DNA of 64,000 nt from Polyangiales bacterium (GCA_038231275.1 JBBRLQ010000003.1:484800-548799); one strand, 5' to 3'. Counted from the stretch's first letter, positions 26,636-36,163 are shown. Made by a program: numbers and translations. The notes: generated by a model not told the origin, from the letters alone.

Positions 26636-27226
26636 TCACCTTCGCGCCCTTTGCCCCGGCATCGGGACGTACGACGCGGGGAGGGGCGGCGGCAGCGTGC
26701 GCGAGAGGTCAACGTCCGGCGGGGGCTCGGAGATTTGTCGCGGCACGGGGCGAGGGACGATCCCGCTCGGCGCGGCGCTCGCCCGCGCGGAGTCGAGGAG
26801 GCGCGAGAACGCAGGGTACATTTCGGTGTAGCGATCCTTGGAACAGGTGGCCGTCACGTTGAGGATCACCGGCCCGTCTTGCTCGTCGATCTCGATGAAC
26901 GTGCACGTCTGCACGATCATCCCGTCGTCGCCGGACCGCTCGATCGCGATCTCCACTCGAGACATCCCCTGCGCGTCCGAGGCGCAATGGCTGAGGACGC
27001 GGAGCCCGCGGCGGTCGCGCAGATCCGCGATCTGTTGGAGCGCGAGCGAGTGCACGGTGTCTCCCGGGCGGCGCGGCTCGCTCACGAGGACGACGCTCGC
27101 AGGCGTGCCACCGCCCGGGGCGGGCGGCTCGCTGAGGGTCACGATGGTCCGGCTGGTCCAGTCGGGCGGCGGCTCGAAGTCGGCGGCGCGCAGCGCGCGC
27201 GCAAGGACGTCCGTGGCGGTAGGCAT
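26636..27226 (-). CDS. DcrB/DUF1795-like (Mog1/PsbP fold) protein; putative T6SS effector adaptor
   Basis: FEPPPDWTSRTIVTL...ASVVLVSE...IVQ...LNVTATC...YPAFSRLLDS; RBS GAGGAG. Confidence 0.6.
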   Translation of the reverse strand: MPTATDVLARALRAADFEPPPDWTSRTIVTLSEPPAPGGGTPASVVLVSEPRRPGDTVHSLALQQIADLRDRRGLRVLSHCASDAQGMSRVEIAIERSGDDGMIVQTCTFIEIDEQDGPVILNVTATCSKDRYTEMYPAFSRLLDSARASAAPSGIVPRPVPRQISEPPPDVDLSRTLPPPLPASYVPMPGQRARR

Positions 27227-27379
27227 GTTTGGTATTTGCTCCTCACGCTTGAGACGCCCGCCGCGCGCGCCGAGTAGCAACAAAACGAGCTCGGCAGCAA
27301 CCGGCCGATTCGATGGATCATTTCGTCGTGAGGGGACCCTCGGTTGCAACCCCGGGCACCCCCGCTATGTTCGCCGGAC

Positions 27380-28255
27380 GTGAACGGCGCCCGACTCTCC
27401 CAAGCCTTTCGCCGGATCCTGCCCGAGGAAGATCCGCGTCTCGACGAGACGCTCGCACGTATCGTGTCCGCCGCGCGTGAGGCCTGGCCGGCGATCGACG
27501 TCGCCGCCGACGACTTCGTCGCGCACCTCGCTCGTCACGTTGCAAAAGAGGAGGAGCCGTTCGAGGCGCTCGAGGAGGTCCGCGCCGGCGACCTCTGGCT
27601 CGCGTGCGCATGTGCCGGAGGGGACGACGCGGCGATCTCCGCGTTCACGAAGACCTACCTCGATCCGATCTTTCCACTGCCGCGAGACCTGGCGCGACTC
27701 TCGGGCGACGTGAAGCAGCTCACGTCGATGAAGCTCCTCGTGGGCGAAGGCGAGAGGGGCCGGAGGATCGCCGAATACTCCGGCCGCGGCGACCTCGGCA
27801 GCTGGACCAGCGTAGTCGCGCTGCGGATCGCGCTCAGTCTCCTCCGCTCGAAGAAGCGCGAGGTCGCCTTGGACGAGGAGCGTGTCTTCACGCGGAGTGC
27901 GGGGGAGGGCCACGCCGACGCGGAGCTCGCACACCTCAAGAAGCACTATCGGGTCGAGTTCGCTGAGGCCTTCCAGGCCGCGCTCGCCACCCTGACGCCA
28001 CGCGACCGCAACGTCTTGCGCCAGCACCACGTCGACGGGCTCACGATGGAAGAGATCGCGCGCATCTACCGGGTCCATCGGATCACGGTGGTGCGTTGGA
28101 TCGAGAGCGCGCGCGAGGAGATCGCCGCGCAGACGCGCAAGAGCATGATCGCCCGCCTTCGCGTCCCCAAAGCCGAGGTCGAGAGCATCCTTCGGATGAT
28201 CCGCAGCCAGGTCGATCTCAGCCTGCGCAAGTACCTGCCGAAGTCGGGGCCCTAG
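27380..28255 (+). CDS. Myxococcales-type ECF sigma factor (TIGR03001-like)
   Basis: AREAWP; DLWLACACAGGD; RIAEYSGRGDLGSW; LKKHYRVEF; LTPRDRNVLRQH.VDGLT; SQVDLSL. Confidence 0.85.
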   Translation: MNGARLSQAFRRILPEEDPRLDETLARIVSAAREAWPAIDVAADDFVAHLARHVAKEEEPFEALEEVRAGDLWLACACAGGDDAAISAFTKTYLDPIFPLPRDLARLSGDVKQLTSMKLLVGEGERGRRIAEYSGRGDLGSWTSVVALRIALSLLRSKKREVALDEERVFTRSAGEGHADAELAHLKKHYRVEFAEAFQAALATLTPRDRNVLRQHHVDGLTMEEIARIYRVHRITVVRWIESAREEIAAQTRKSMIARLRVPKAEVESILRMIRSQVDLSLRKYLPKSGP

Positions 28256-28262
28256 CCGCGCT

Positions 28263-31064
28263 TCATTCGCCGAACGGATCGTCGGCGAGCCACACGTCCC
28301 CCTCCCAGCGGGTGCTCGCGAGCACCGTCCTCTCCCCCACGAAGCTCAGTGCGACCGCCTCGAGGGGGATCGTGTGGACGATCGTGCCCGTCGCGAGATC
28401 GATCTCGACCTGTTCGGGCTCGCTCTGGACGACGACGGCCCTGCGTCCGTCCGGCGTGAATCGCACCGCGGAATACGCGCCTGCGCGCAGCTTGGAAGAG
28501 ATCGGGGTGGAGCGACGCGATTTGGGCTCGAACATCGTCGGGACGAGCTCCGCGTTCTTTTCTCCAGCGAGGTAGATGAAACGATCGTCGGTGGGCGAAG
28601 CGTTCGGCGCGCGCGCTCTTTGGTCGAAGATCACGGTCGCCTCTCCACCGTCGATCGACGTGCGCCGGATCTGGACGCGACCGTCGGGGAGGATCGTGTG
28701 AAAGAGGACGTCGTGGGTGCCGTGTACGAACGACGGAGAAAAGTCCTGATCGGTCTTGGTCATGGCACGCGCGCGGTCGCTGCCATCGATGCGCACGACC
28801 CGCAGGCCCTTGCCGAACGACGAGAACGCGAGCCACGCTCCGTCGTCGGATACGCTCGCGCCGATGGGCGTCAGATCGCCGACGTCGATGGCGCGCGGCG
28901 CCGTACCCTGGGCGAGGTCGACCACCCACGGGGCCCTGGGGCCGGCGCGCGCGGAGAGAACGACGGCGCGCGTGGTGCCCGGGATCGACGCGACGTCGAT
29001 CTCGTCCCACTTCCAGTCGGCCAGCATCGGCTGCACGCCTCCGTCCGCCGCGACGGCCACGAGGCGGCTCTGGGCCTGGCACGTGGACCACGCCACGTGT
29101 CGGCCGTCGGCGGAGAGGTCGAACCCTTTGCGTGGGGTGACGCCCGACGTCGCGAGGGAGACGACCGACGTGCCGTCGAGCGGAACGTCGAGGAGCTCGT
29201 TCTCCCCGGTAGGGCCTACGCGGGAGAGGAGCACGCGTAGGCCGTCGGGGGAGGCAGTGAGCACTTCGTCCATCTCGCCGCGCAAGAGCCATCGCAGGCT
29301 GCGATCGGCGCTCCAGACGCCCACGCCAGCCTGCGCCGAGCCGTGGACGGCCGGCATGACGGCGATCATCCTGCCCCCGGAGAGCTCCACGGCGCGGAGC
29401 GCGATCGCGCCCGACGGGAGCGGCACCGACTCGACGATCTCGCCGGTGGCCAGATCGTGGCGCTCCAGGCGCACGTCGTTGCCGGTCCATACCGAGCGTC
29501 CGTCGCGCGACCACGTCGGTCGCGTCACGGCGCCCGTCGCCAGGACGCGCGGCGTTGCCCCCGGGCGGCGATCGATGACCGCGATGCTGCGCGTGCCCCC
29601 CTCCATGCGGAGGAACGCGATCTTCGATCCGTCGGGCGAGACGGCCGCGGCCATGTCGTAGCCGTCCACGTGGGTCAGCTGCTGCGGCGGGCCGCCGCTC
29701 TCGAGATCGCGCTGAAAAATGCACGAGATCGCGCCGACGGTCGCGTCGTAGACGATGGCCCGCGCGTCGGGCGTGAAGGACGGAAGCTCGGCGCACCCTT
29801 CGTCGAACGTGATTCGTCGCGGCCGGCCGGGGTGGAAGGGGTGCCCTTGCTTGCCTGGGGCCTTCGCCGCCGACGTCGACGCAGGCGCCGCTGGCGTTCG
29901 CGCTCTCGTCCACTGGATCCCGCCCGCGATCGCGCAAGCCGCGACCGCAACCGCCGCGAAGCCCGCCCACCGCCGCGTGCGGGGGATGCGCGCCGTCGTT
30001 CGCGTACCTCCGAGCTCGCCGGCGATCTGAAGGCAGTCGAGGGGACGCTCGGCGGGATCTTTCGACATCATCCGCACGACGAGCCGATCGAGATCTTCGG
30101 GAACGTCGCCGGAGAGATCCTTCGGCCGCGGCGGAGGATCGGCGAGGATCTTGGCGAGCACCTCCACCGCGTGGGCGCCGCCGAACGCCCGGACGCCGGT
30201 CAAGCACTCGTAGAGCACGCAGCCTAGCGAGAAGATGTCGGCGCGGAGATCCGCGGTCTTGGCTCCGCGCGCTTGCTCGGGCGCCATGTACGCCAGCGTG
30301 CCCAGGAGCGTGCCGCTGCGCGTCAGCGTCGCCTGGAGTCCGGCGGACGGCGCCGAGAACGCGACGCCGAAGTCGAGGACCGTCGCGCGCAGCACGTCGC
30401 GGGCCGGCAGGAAGATGTTGCTCGGCTTGATGTCGCGATGCACGATCCCGAGCGCGTGCGCAGCAGCCAGCGCCGAGGCGACGCGCGCCCCGAGCCTTCG
30501 CGTCTCGTCGACGGTGACCGGGCCCCGCCGGAGCCGCTCGGCGAGATCCTCCCCCTCCAGCCACTCCATGGCGAGATACGGCGAGCCGTCGGGGGCCTCG
30601 CCGTGCGCCACGTACGTTACGATCGCAGGGTGCGAGAGGCGCGCGAGGAGCTGCGATTCCCGGGTGAACCGCCCGAGATCGGCGGCGCTGACGTTCTGAA
30701 CCACCTTGACCGCCACCTGGCGCGCCGTCCGCCGATCCTTTGCCCGGTAGACCTCGCCCATCCCGCCGGCGCGCAGAAACTCCTCGATCTCGAACCGCTC
30801 ATCGAAGACCATCCCGGCCGTCCACTTCGCGGCGACGAGCGGCGGCTCGCGATTTTCGATCGTACCGTCAGGCCCGGTGATCACCTCGACGTCGCGCGGC
30901 GCGTCCTTCTCGGGGCCTCGTCGTGCCAGTCGAGAGATGAGGACGCGGCACGACGAGCAGCTGTCGATGTGCGCGTCGATCTTGGCGAGGTCGGTCGCGG
31001 AGAGGCTCCCGCCGAAGAGCGCGGCGACGGTATTGTCGTCGATGCAGTCGGTGGGGTCTTCCAC
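28263..31064 (-). CDS. Ser/Thr protein kinase with N-terminal HxxxCxxC, TM helix and TolB/PD40-like propeller
   Basis: HIDSCSSC; GGMGEVY; VAVK; HRDIKPSN; DFG; GTLAYMAPEQ; SPDGSKIAF repeats. Confidence 0.9.
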   Translation of the reverse strand: MEDPTDCIDDNTVAALFGGSLSATDLAKIDAHIDSCSSCRVLISRLARRGPEKDAPRDVEVITGPDGTIENREPPLVAAKWTAGMVFDERFEIEEFLRAGGMGEVYRAKDRRTARQVAVKVVQNVSAADLGRFTRESQLLARLSHPAIVTYVAHGEAPDGSPYLAMEWLEGEDLAERLRRGPVTVDETRRLGARVASALAAAHALGIVHRDIKPSNIFLPARDVLRATVLDFGVAFSAPSAGLQATLTRSGTLLGTLAYMAPEQARGAKTADLRADIFSLGCVLYECLTGVRAFGGAHAVEVLAKILADPPPRPKDLSGDVPEDLDRLVVRMMSKDPAERPLDCLQIAGELGGTRTTARIPRTRRWAGFAAVAVAACAIAGGIQWTRARTPAAPASTSAAKAPGKQGHPFHPGRPRRITFDEGCAELPSFTPDARAIVYDATVGAISCIFQRDLESGGPPQQLTHVDGYDMAAAVSPDGSKIAFLRMEGGTRSIAVIDRRPGATPRVLATGAVTRPTWSRDGRSVWTGNDVRLERHDLATGEIVESVPLPSGAIALRAVELSGGRMIAVMPAVHGSAQAGVGVWSADRSLRWLLRGEMDEVLTASPDGLRVLLSRVGPTGENELLDVPLDGTSVVSLATSGVTPRKGFDLSADGRHVAWSTCQAQSRLVAVAADGGVQPMLADWKWDEIDVASIPGTTRAVVLSARAGPRAPWVVDLAQGTAPRAIDVGDLTPIGASVSDDGAWLAFSSFGKGLRVVRIDGSDRARAMTKTDQDFSPSFVHGTHDVLFHTILPDGRVQIRRTSIDGGEATVIFDQRARAPNASPTDDRFIYLAGEKNAELVPTMFEPKSRRSTPISSKLRAGAYSAVRFTPDGRRAVVVQSEPEQVEIDLATGTIVHTIPLEAVALSFVGERTVLASTRWEGDVWLADDPFGE

Positions 31065-31318
31065 GCTTCCAGGGTAGAAGGGCTCGCGTGCGCCGTCGAC
31101 CTCGACCGCGGGGGTCGGCGCGCGCCGTGGCGAGCGGGTGGATCAGAGGTTCACGGGGCTGCGACTTCGACGTCGTCGCCCATTCCGTGGTGGCCGCGGT
31201 CGTCCAACCCCACGGTTTCGCCGGGCCCGCCGCGCGCACCGTGACGCGAAAAATCGCGACCCTGCGACGCGGCTCGCTCGTCGTCATCGTGGAACGCGGC
31301 GTGCGTTGGATCGCCGAC

Positions 31319-32599
31319 ATGCCGACGTGGAGGACCTGGCCTGCTCTCTTCTCCATCGCCCTCGCTGTCTTCGCGTGCGCGAGCTCGGGGCCTCCCATCG
31401 GTTCGCCCGGAGGCTCCGAGGTGGGCGGCGAGACTCCGCCGGGCCAACCGCCTCGAGGCGTCGGTGCTGCGCCTTCCGGCGATTCGCCGGGATCCAGCGG
31501 CGCCGCGCCGGCTGCGAACGAACCCACGGGCATCGTGGTGATCGACGTACAGAACAAGTTCGTCACCACGGCATCGCGGAGAAACGCCGGCAGCGACATC
31601 GCTGGGCGCGTCGTCAACGACAAGGCGGTCCTCGATCTCGCGAAGGCGAGGCAGGTGCCGGTCTTCATCACCTACGAAGCAGAAAAAACCGGCGACTCGG
31701 CCCTTCCTCCGTCGCTCGCCGGAGACGTGCCCGCCGGTGCCCAGGAGTTCATCAAGACGACGTTCGACGCGACCGGACAGCCCCAGTTTGCGGCGGCCAT
31801 CAAGGCCTCGGGGCTTCGTCGCCTGCTCGTGGTCGGTTCCGAGACCGACGTCTGCGTCATGCAGACGATCCTCGGGCTTCGCCGGCAGGGCATCGAGGTG
31901 ATCGCTCTCGTCGACGCGCTGTTCAGCGAAGAGGTCAACGTCGTCCCCGCCCTTCGCCGGCTCCGTCAGGCAGGAGTCGCACAGATCGCGGTCGCAGACG
32001 CCGATGCGATCCTCGCCGGGCGAACGCCCGTGACGTTCCCACCTTCGTCCGGCGTCCCACCGATCGTGCGCCCGTTCGAGATCGGCATCGTGCTGCACGG
32101 GCTCGACAAGCTCGGCGCGGATCCGAACGCGAGCGCGAAGCAGGTGCGGCTGAAGGAGCTCCTCACGATCAGCGAGTGGTTTCGAATTCCGGTCTTCGCG
32201 AGCGATCCGACGACCGCGTCGAACGCGCTTCCGGCCGCGCTGCGCAGCATCCTGACCCACGGCATCCTCCCGCTGGCGAGCCGGCCAAGCGCGACCACGC
32301 AGCTGGCGTTCGCCGGCGCGCACGATGGCGTCCTCGAAGCGGCGTCGACCCTCCGGCAAAGCGGCGCCGACGTCTTCCTGGTGGAGGACGTTCTCATTGG
32401 GGGATCCTCCAAGGACCTCGAGCCGGCGTACGCCGCCGGCGCAATCCCGACCACCTACAAGAGCCTGTATTACGAGCTCACCCACTCGGTGAGCGACGCG
32501 GAATGGCCGTCGCAGCAGTGGGTGACCGACGGCACCGCCCGTTACTATGACCAGACGCTCGCCCCCGAGGAGCTTCCGCCGATCGGCGAGTCTCCGTAA
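31319..32599 (+). CDS. Isochorismatase-like cysteine hydrolase lipoprotein with a degenerate second domain
   Basis: Lipobox AVFAC; VIDVQ (Asp), FIKTTF (Lys), GSETDVCVMQT (Cys). Confidence 0.75.
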   Translation: MPTWRTWPALFSIALAVFACASSGPPIGSPGGSEVGGETPPGQPPRGVGAAPSGDSPGSSGAAPAANEPTGIVVIDVQNKFVTTASRRNAGSDIAGRVVNDKAVLDLAKARQVPVFITYEAEKTGDSALPPSLAGDVPAGAQEFIKTTFDATGQPQFAAAIKASGLRRLLVVGSETDVCVMQTILGLRRQGIEVIALVDALFSEEVNVVPALRRLRQAGVAQIAVADADAILAGRTPVTFPPSSGVPPIVRPFEIGIVLHGLDKLGADPNASAKQVRLKELLTISEWFRIPVFASDPTTASNALPAALRSILTHGILPLASRPSATTQLAFAGAHDGVLEAASTLRQSGADVFLVEDVLIGGSSKDLEPAYAAGAIPTTYKSLYYELTHSVSDAEWPSQQWVTDGTARYYDQTLAPEELPPIGESP

Positions 32600-32743
32600 A
32601 CATCACGCGCGAGCGCGACCGAGGGACGCTCCTCCCCGCGCTCGATCCGAGTTTGCGGCGGACCGCGCGCGGCCATGCGTGCGTGGTGTGGCGCCGATGC
32701 GAGCCGAAACGTCGGTGACGCGGCGCCTTTGGGAACTTTCGCC

Positions 32744-32759
32744 TGGCTCGCGTCGTGCA
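32744..32759 (+). promoter_or_regulatory. Candidate sigma54 promoter
   Basis: TGGCTCGCGTCGTGCA (GG-N10-GC) upstream of the CDS at 32802. Confidence 0.4.
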
Positions 32760-32801
32760 ACGGGTGGGCATGGAGCGCCGAAGTTGCGCCGAAGGAAGCC
32801 C

Positions 32802-33287
32802 ATGAACAGCCGAACGAACCGGAGCGTGTTGCAGAGGTGGCTCGTCGCCCTGTCGCTCCTGGCCGTCCCGCTCTCGACGGGGTGCAGCGCCGCCGGGCGC
32901 GCGGGCGACGTGCAGGCGGACGCGTCCACGGACGATGCACCCGTCGTCGAAACGGCGTGCGGCGCAGGCTTCCACGACTGCCACGGCTACTGCGCGGACG
33001 ACACGAGCCCTGACACTTGCGGCACGTCGTGCTCGTCGTGCCGCGTCGGTCAGTGGGCCGAGCCGAGCTGCGATGGGAAGACGTGCCGCCCGAAGTGCGT
33101 GGCGTTCCACGCCGACTGCGATCACGCCGCGAACAACGGGTGCGAGGTCTCCCTCCTGACCGATGTGAACAACTGCGGTGTGTGCGGAGTGGCCTGCGCC
33201 GGGGTCCCGTGCGTGGACGGGACTTGCCAGGAAGCTTCGCTGCGCTCCGAACGCGCGCTGCGAGCGACCGACGCATTCCGACCCTAG
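32802..33287 (+). CDS. Cys-rich lipoprotein (myxobacterial type)
   Basis: Lipobox LSTGC; DCD...NGCE.SL.TDVNNCG.CG motif; RBS AGGAAG. Confidence 0.7.
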   Translation: MNSRTNRSVLQRWLVALSLLAVPLSTGCSAAGRAGDVQADASTDDAPVVETACGAGFHDCHGYCADDTSPDTCGTSCSSCRVGQWAEPSCDGKTCRPKCVAFHADCDHAANNGCEVSLLTDVNNCGVCGVACAGVPCVDGTCQEASLRSERALRATDAFRP

Positions 33288-33588
33288 TCGTGCAGGCGCC
33301 GCTCCCCGCGCCGTCGCAAAAATCGCCCTGACGGGCAACCCGACGCCAGGAGCCGGCGCCCTCGATGCTTGCTCGGTGTGGGTGCGAGTCCCCGGGAGCG
33401 CGTCACCTCAGCGGTGTGATCGCAATGCGCCGTTTTGTCCGATCGCCCATCCGCAGCTTTGTGTCCTCGCGCTGCTCCGCGTTGTCCGATCGCCATCCGG
33501 CGACGTGCGCAGCTACTTCTTGAAGCCGAAGCTCCTCGTCATCGACGGACTCGGCTCGCGCCGGACTGATATGCTTTGCGCATCGCGG

Positions 33589-35391
33589 ATGACCCGTTTC
33601 TCTCGGCTGCGAACAAGACTGCTTGCCTGGCGCTTACACGCGCTTCGCATGGAGCTCCGTTTTGCGCCGACCGAGTCGCAGCGCCTCTTCGTGCTGACCG
33701 TCGTCATCGGCGCCGCGTGCGGTCTCGCGGCCGTGGGCTTCCACTTCGCGATCGCGTTCGGAGAGAGTGTCTTGATTTCGCGCGCGATGGCCGCCTCCGG
33801 ACGCTCGTGGATGGCGTGGTCGATCGCGTCGCCGGCGCTAGGCGGGCTCGTTTGCGGCGTGCTTCTTCAGTACGTCGTACCCGGCGCGCGTGGAAGCGGC
33901 ATCCCCCAGGTGAAGGCCGCCTATGCATCGCGGGTCGGGAGAATTCCTTTCCGCGACGCGCTCGGCAAATTCTTCCTCGGCAGCATGCAAATTGGCTCCG
34001 GCGCCTCGCTCGGCCGAGAAGGACCCACCGTGCAGATCTGCGCGGGCCTCGCGAGCCTGATCGGCCGGTGGGCTCCCGTATCGCCGCAAGGGCGGCGTCG
34101 ACTGCTTCCGGTGGGTGCGGCGGCAGGCATCGCGGCGGCCTTCAACGCCCCGATCGCGGCGGTGACGTTCACCATCGAAGAGGTCGTAGGCAAGCTCGAT
34201 CAGACCGTTCTCTCCGGTGTCATCGTCGCCGCCGCGCTCGCAGCCGTCATCGAGCGGAGCGTGCTCGGCACGCATCCGGTGTTCGACGTCGCACACGTCT
34301 ATGCCCTCGATGACGCCAAATCACTCTTGCTCTATGCCGCCCTCGGCGTCGCCGCGGCCGCTGTCGCGGTCGTGTTCACGGACGGTCTCCTCTATCTCCG
34401 AAAGCGGTTCCGCGACAGCGCGATCCCACCATGGGCTCGGCCCGCCCTCGGCGGCGTCGTCACCGGCGTGATCATCGTCATTGCGATGGCCTGGTTGCGG
34501 AGCGGCGGCATAAGCGGCGGCGGGTACGAAGTGTTGAAGCGCGCGCTCAACGGACAGCTCACCGTCAAGGTGATGTTGATCTTGTGCGGCCTCAAGCTCA
34601 TCGCCACGGTCTTTTCGTATTCGAGCGGCGGCGCGGGCGGCATCTTCGCCCCCACGCTGTTCATCGGCGCGATGCTAGGCGGCGCGTTCGGTTCGCTCGA
34701 TCGGACGCTCTTCGGCCATCCCGACAGCACGCTCGGTGCATTCGCGCTCGTGGGCATGGGCGCGGTCTTCAGCGCGGCCATCCGTGCGCCGATTACGAGC
34801 GTGCTGATCATCGTGGAGATGACATCGGGCTACGGGCTGATCCTGCCGCTCATGATCGCGAACATGACCTCCTACGTTCTCGCGCGAAGCTGGCGGCCCG
34901 AGCCGATCTATGACGCGCTCCTCTCGCAGGACGGCGTCCACCTCCGCGATCGCGCTGTGGTCGATTTGCTCGAGGATCTGAAACTCGAAAAACTCGTCCA
35001 ACGCCACGACGAGTCGTTCGTCAGTTTCGAGCCGACGACGGGCGCGATCCGGATGATGAGCGTCGCCGATGGCGGGAGTCGACAAGTGGTGTTTCCCGTG
35101 GTCGATAACGTGGGCAAGCTCGTAGGCCTGATCCACCGCGAAGACGTTGCCGTGCTGCAGTCCGAGCCGGGGCTCGAGTTCGTCGTGAATGCATCGGACC
35201 TCATGCGCTCGCCGATCAGCGTTCGCGTGGACGAGGATCTGCGCACCGCGTTCGAGCTGATGCGCGCCGAAGGGCTCCGGGAGATCCCGGTCATCGACGC
35301 GGGCGGGCGCGTGGTGGGATTCATCGATGAGGGATCGATCGCCGAAGCATTTCTTCGTGCCAGCGGGCCGAAGTCCGGCGCGCTGAACTGA
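33589..35391 (+). CDS. ClC-family H+/Cl- antiporter with CBS domains
   Basis: GSGIP, GREGP (gating Glu), FNAPIA, FTIEE (proton Glu), GGIFAP, PIY; C-terminal CBS pair. Confidence 0.9.
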   Translation: MTRFSRLRTRLLAWRLHALRMELRFAPTESQRLFVLTVVIGAACGLAAVGFHFAIAFGESVLISRAMAASGRSWMAWSIASPALGGLVCGVLLQYVVPGARGSGIPQVKAAYASRVGRIPFRDALGKFFLGSMQIGSGASLGREGPTVQICAGLASLIGRWAPVSPQGRRRLLPVGAAAGIAAAFNAPIAAVTFTIEEVVGKLDQTVLSGVIVAAALAAVIERSVLGTHPVFDVAHVYALDDAKSLLLYAALGVAAAAVAVVFTDGLLYLRKRFRDSAIPPWARPALGGVVTGVIIVIAMAWLRSGGISGGGYEVLKRALNGQLTVKVMLILCGLKLIATVFSYSSGGAGGIFAPTLFIGAMLGGAFGSLDRTLFGHPDSTLGAFALVGMGAVFSAAIRAPITSVLIIVEMTSGYGLILPLMIANMTSYVLARSWRPEPIYDALLSQDGVHLRDRAVVDLLEDLKLEKLVQRHDESFVSFEPTTGAIRMMSVADGGSRQVVFPVVDNVGKLVGLIHREDVAVLQSEPGLEFVVNASDLMRSPISVRVDEDLRTAFELMRAEGLREIPVIDAGGRVVGFIDEGSIAEAFLRASGPKSGALN

Positions 35392-35393
35392 CT

Positions 35394-35467
35394 GAGCCGA
35401 GCTGCGACGGCAAGACGTGCCGCCCTACCGAACGAGCGCTTCGCGCGACCGACGGTTTCCAACCTAG
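35394..35467 (+). repeat. Internally deleted direct copy of the 3' part of CDS 32802-33287
   Basis: 35394-35425 matches 33060-33091; 35428-35467 matches 33247-33287, including the TAG. Confidence 0.8.
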
Positions 35468-36078
35468 CGCTTTCGCTCTTTCGTCGGAGCTCGTGACTCT
35501 TTCTTCCAACCGGCGAGAAGGGTCGAGACGGCCTCGCCGACCCATTCGTTGACGCTTCCTCCCACCGACCCGGGAACCTGAGCGCGCATCTCGAGCTCCG
35601 CGATGCCGCGGACCGTTCCCCAGAGGACGATGCAGCGAAGCCTCAGAACCGCGACATCGGTGAGCCCCGGAAAGCAGGCGTGGACCGCTTCGCGAAGCAG
35701 CGAAAACGTCGCGATGGCTTCCTGCTGGAGCTCCGGGGTGGCCGACTTGGCCACGGCTCCGCCATAGGCGAGCTCGTACAAGAAGCGGTGCCGCGTGAGC
35801 AGTCGCAAGTGAGCTTCGGCGATCGCGTTCAGCCGCGACTCGGGGGAACCGCCGCGGCGCTCGAGCGCGCTCGTCATCCACGCACGCTCGCGTCGCATGC
35901 CTTCGGAGGCGATCGCAGCGAGCAGCACCTCCTTGTTCTCGAAGTGCCGATACGGCGTCTGACGGCTCACCCCTGCCCTCGTTCCGATCTCACGCAAGGT
36001 CAACGCGTCGACCCCGTGCTCCTCGACGATCTCGAGGCCGACGCGAACGAGCGCAGCTTTCGTCCCTTCGATCGCCAT
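35464..36078 (-). CDS. TetR/AcrR family regulator
   Basis: GVDALTLREIGTRAGVSRQTPYRHFENKEVLL; C-terminal WGTVRG (WHG-like). Confidence 0.9.
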   Translation of the reverse strand: MAIEGTKAALVRVGLEIVEEHGVDALTLREIGTRAGVSRQTPYRHFENKEVLLAAIASEGMRRERAWMTSALERRGGSPESRLNAIAEAHLRLLTRHRFLYELAYGGAVAKSATPELQQEAIATFSLLREAVHACFPGLTDVAVLRLRCIVLWGTVRGIAELEMRAQVPGSVGGSVNEWVGEAVSTLLAGWKKESRAPTKERKR

Positions 36079-36099
36079 TCCCCAATCTTCGTTCCCGAT

Positions 36100-36150
36100 G
36101 TTGACAACGTCAACGCCCAAGCTATGGTGACGATGTTGACAGCGTCAACA
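36100..36150. promoter_or_regulatory. Two TetR-type operator palindromes plus a sigma70 promoter
   Basis: GTTGAC-AAC-GTCAAC (36100-36114) and TGTTGAC-AGC-GTCAACA (36134-36150); TTGACA-N16-TATGGT overlaps the first. Confidence 0.8.
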
Positions 36151-36163
36151 CGAGAGGTCGCGC

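Noticed and set aside
33310-33360. KIALTGNPTPG resembling a FeoB P-loop start
   Set aside because: Too short and lacks GKT/S; it lies in the non-coding extension of the ClC ORF.
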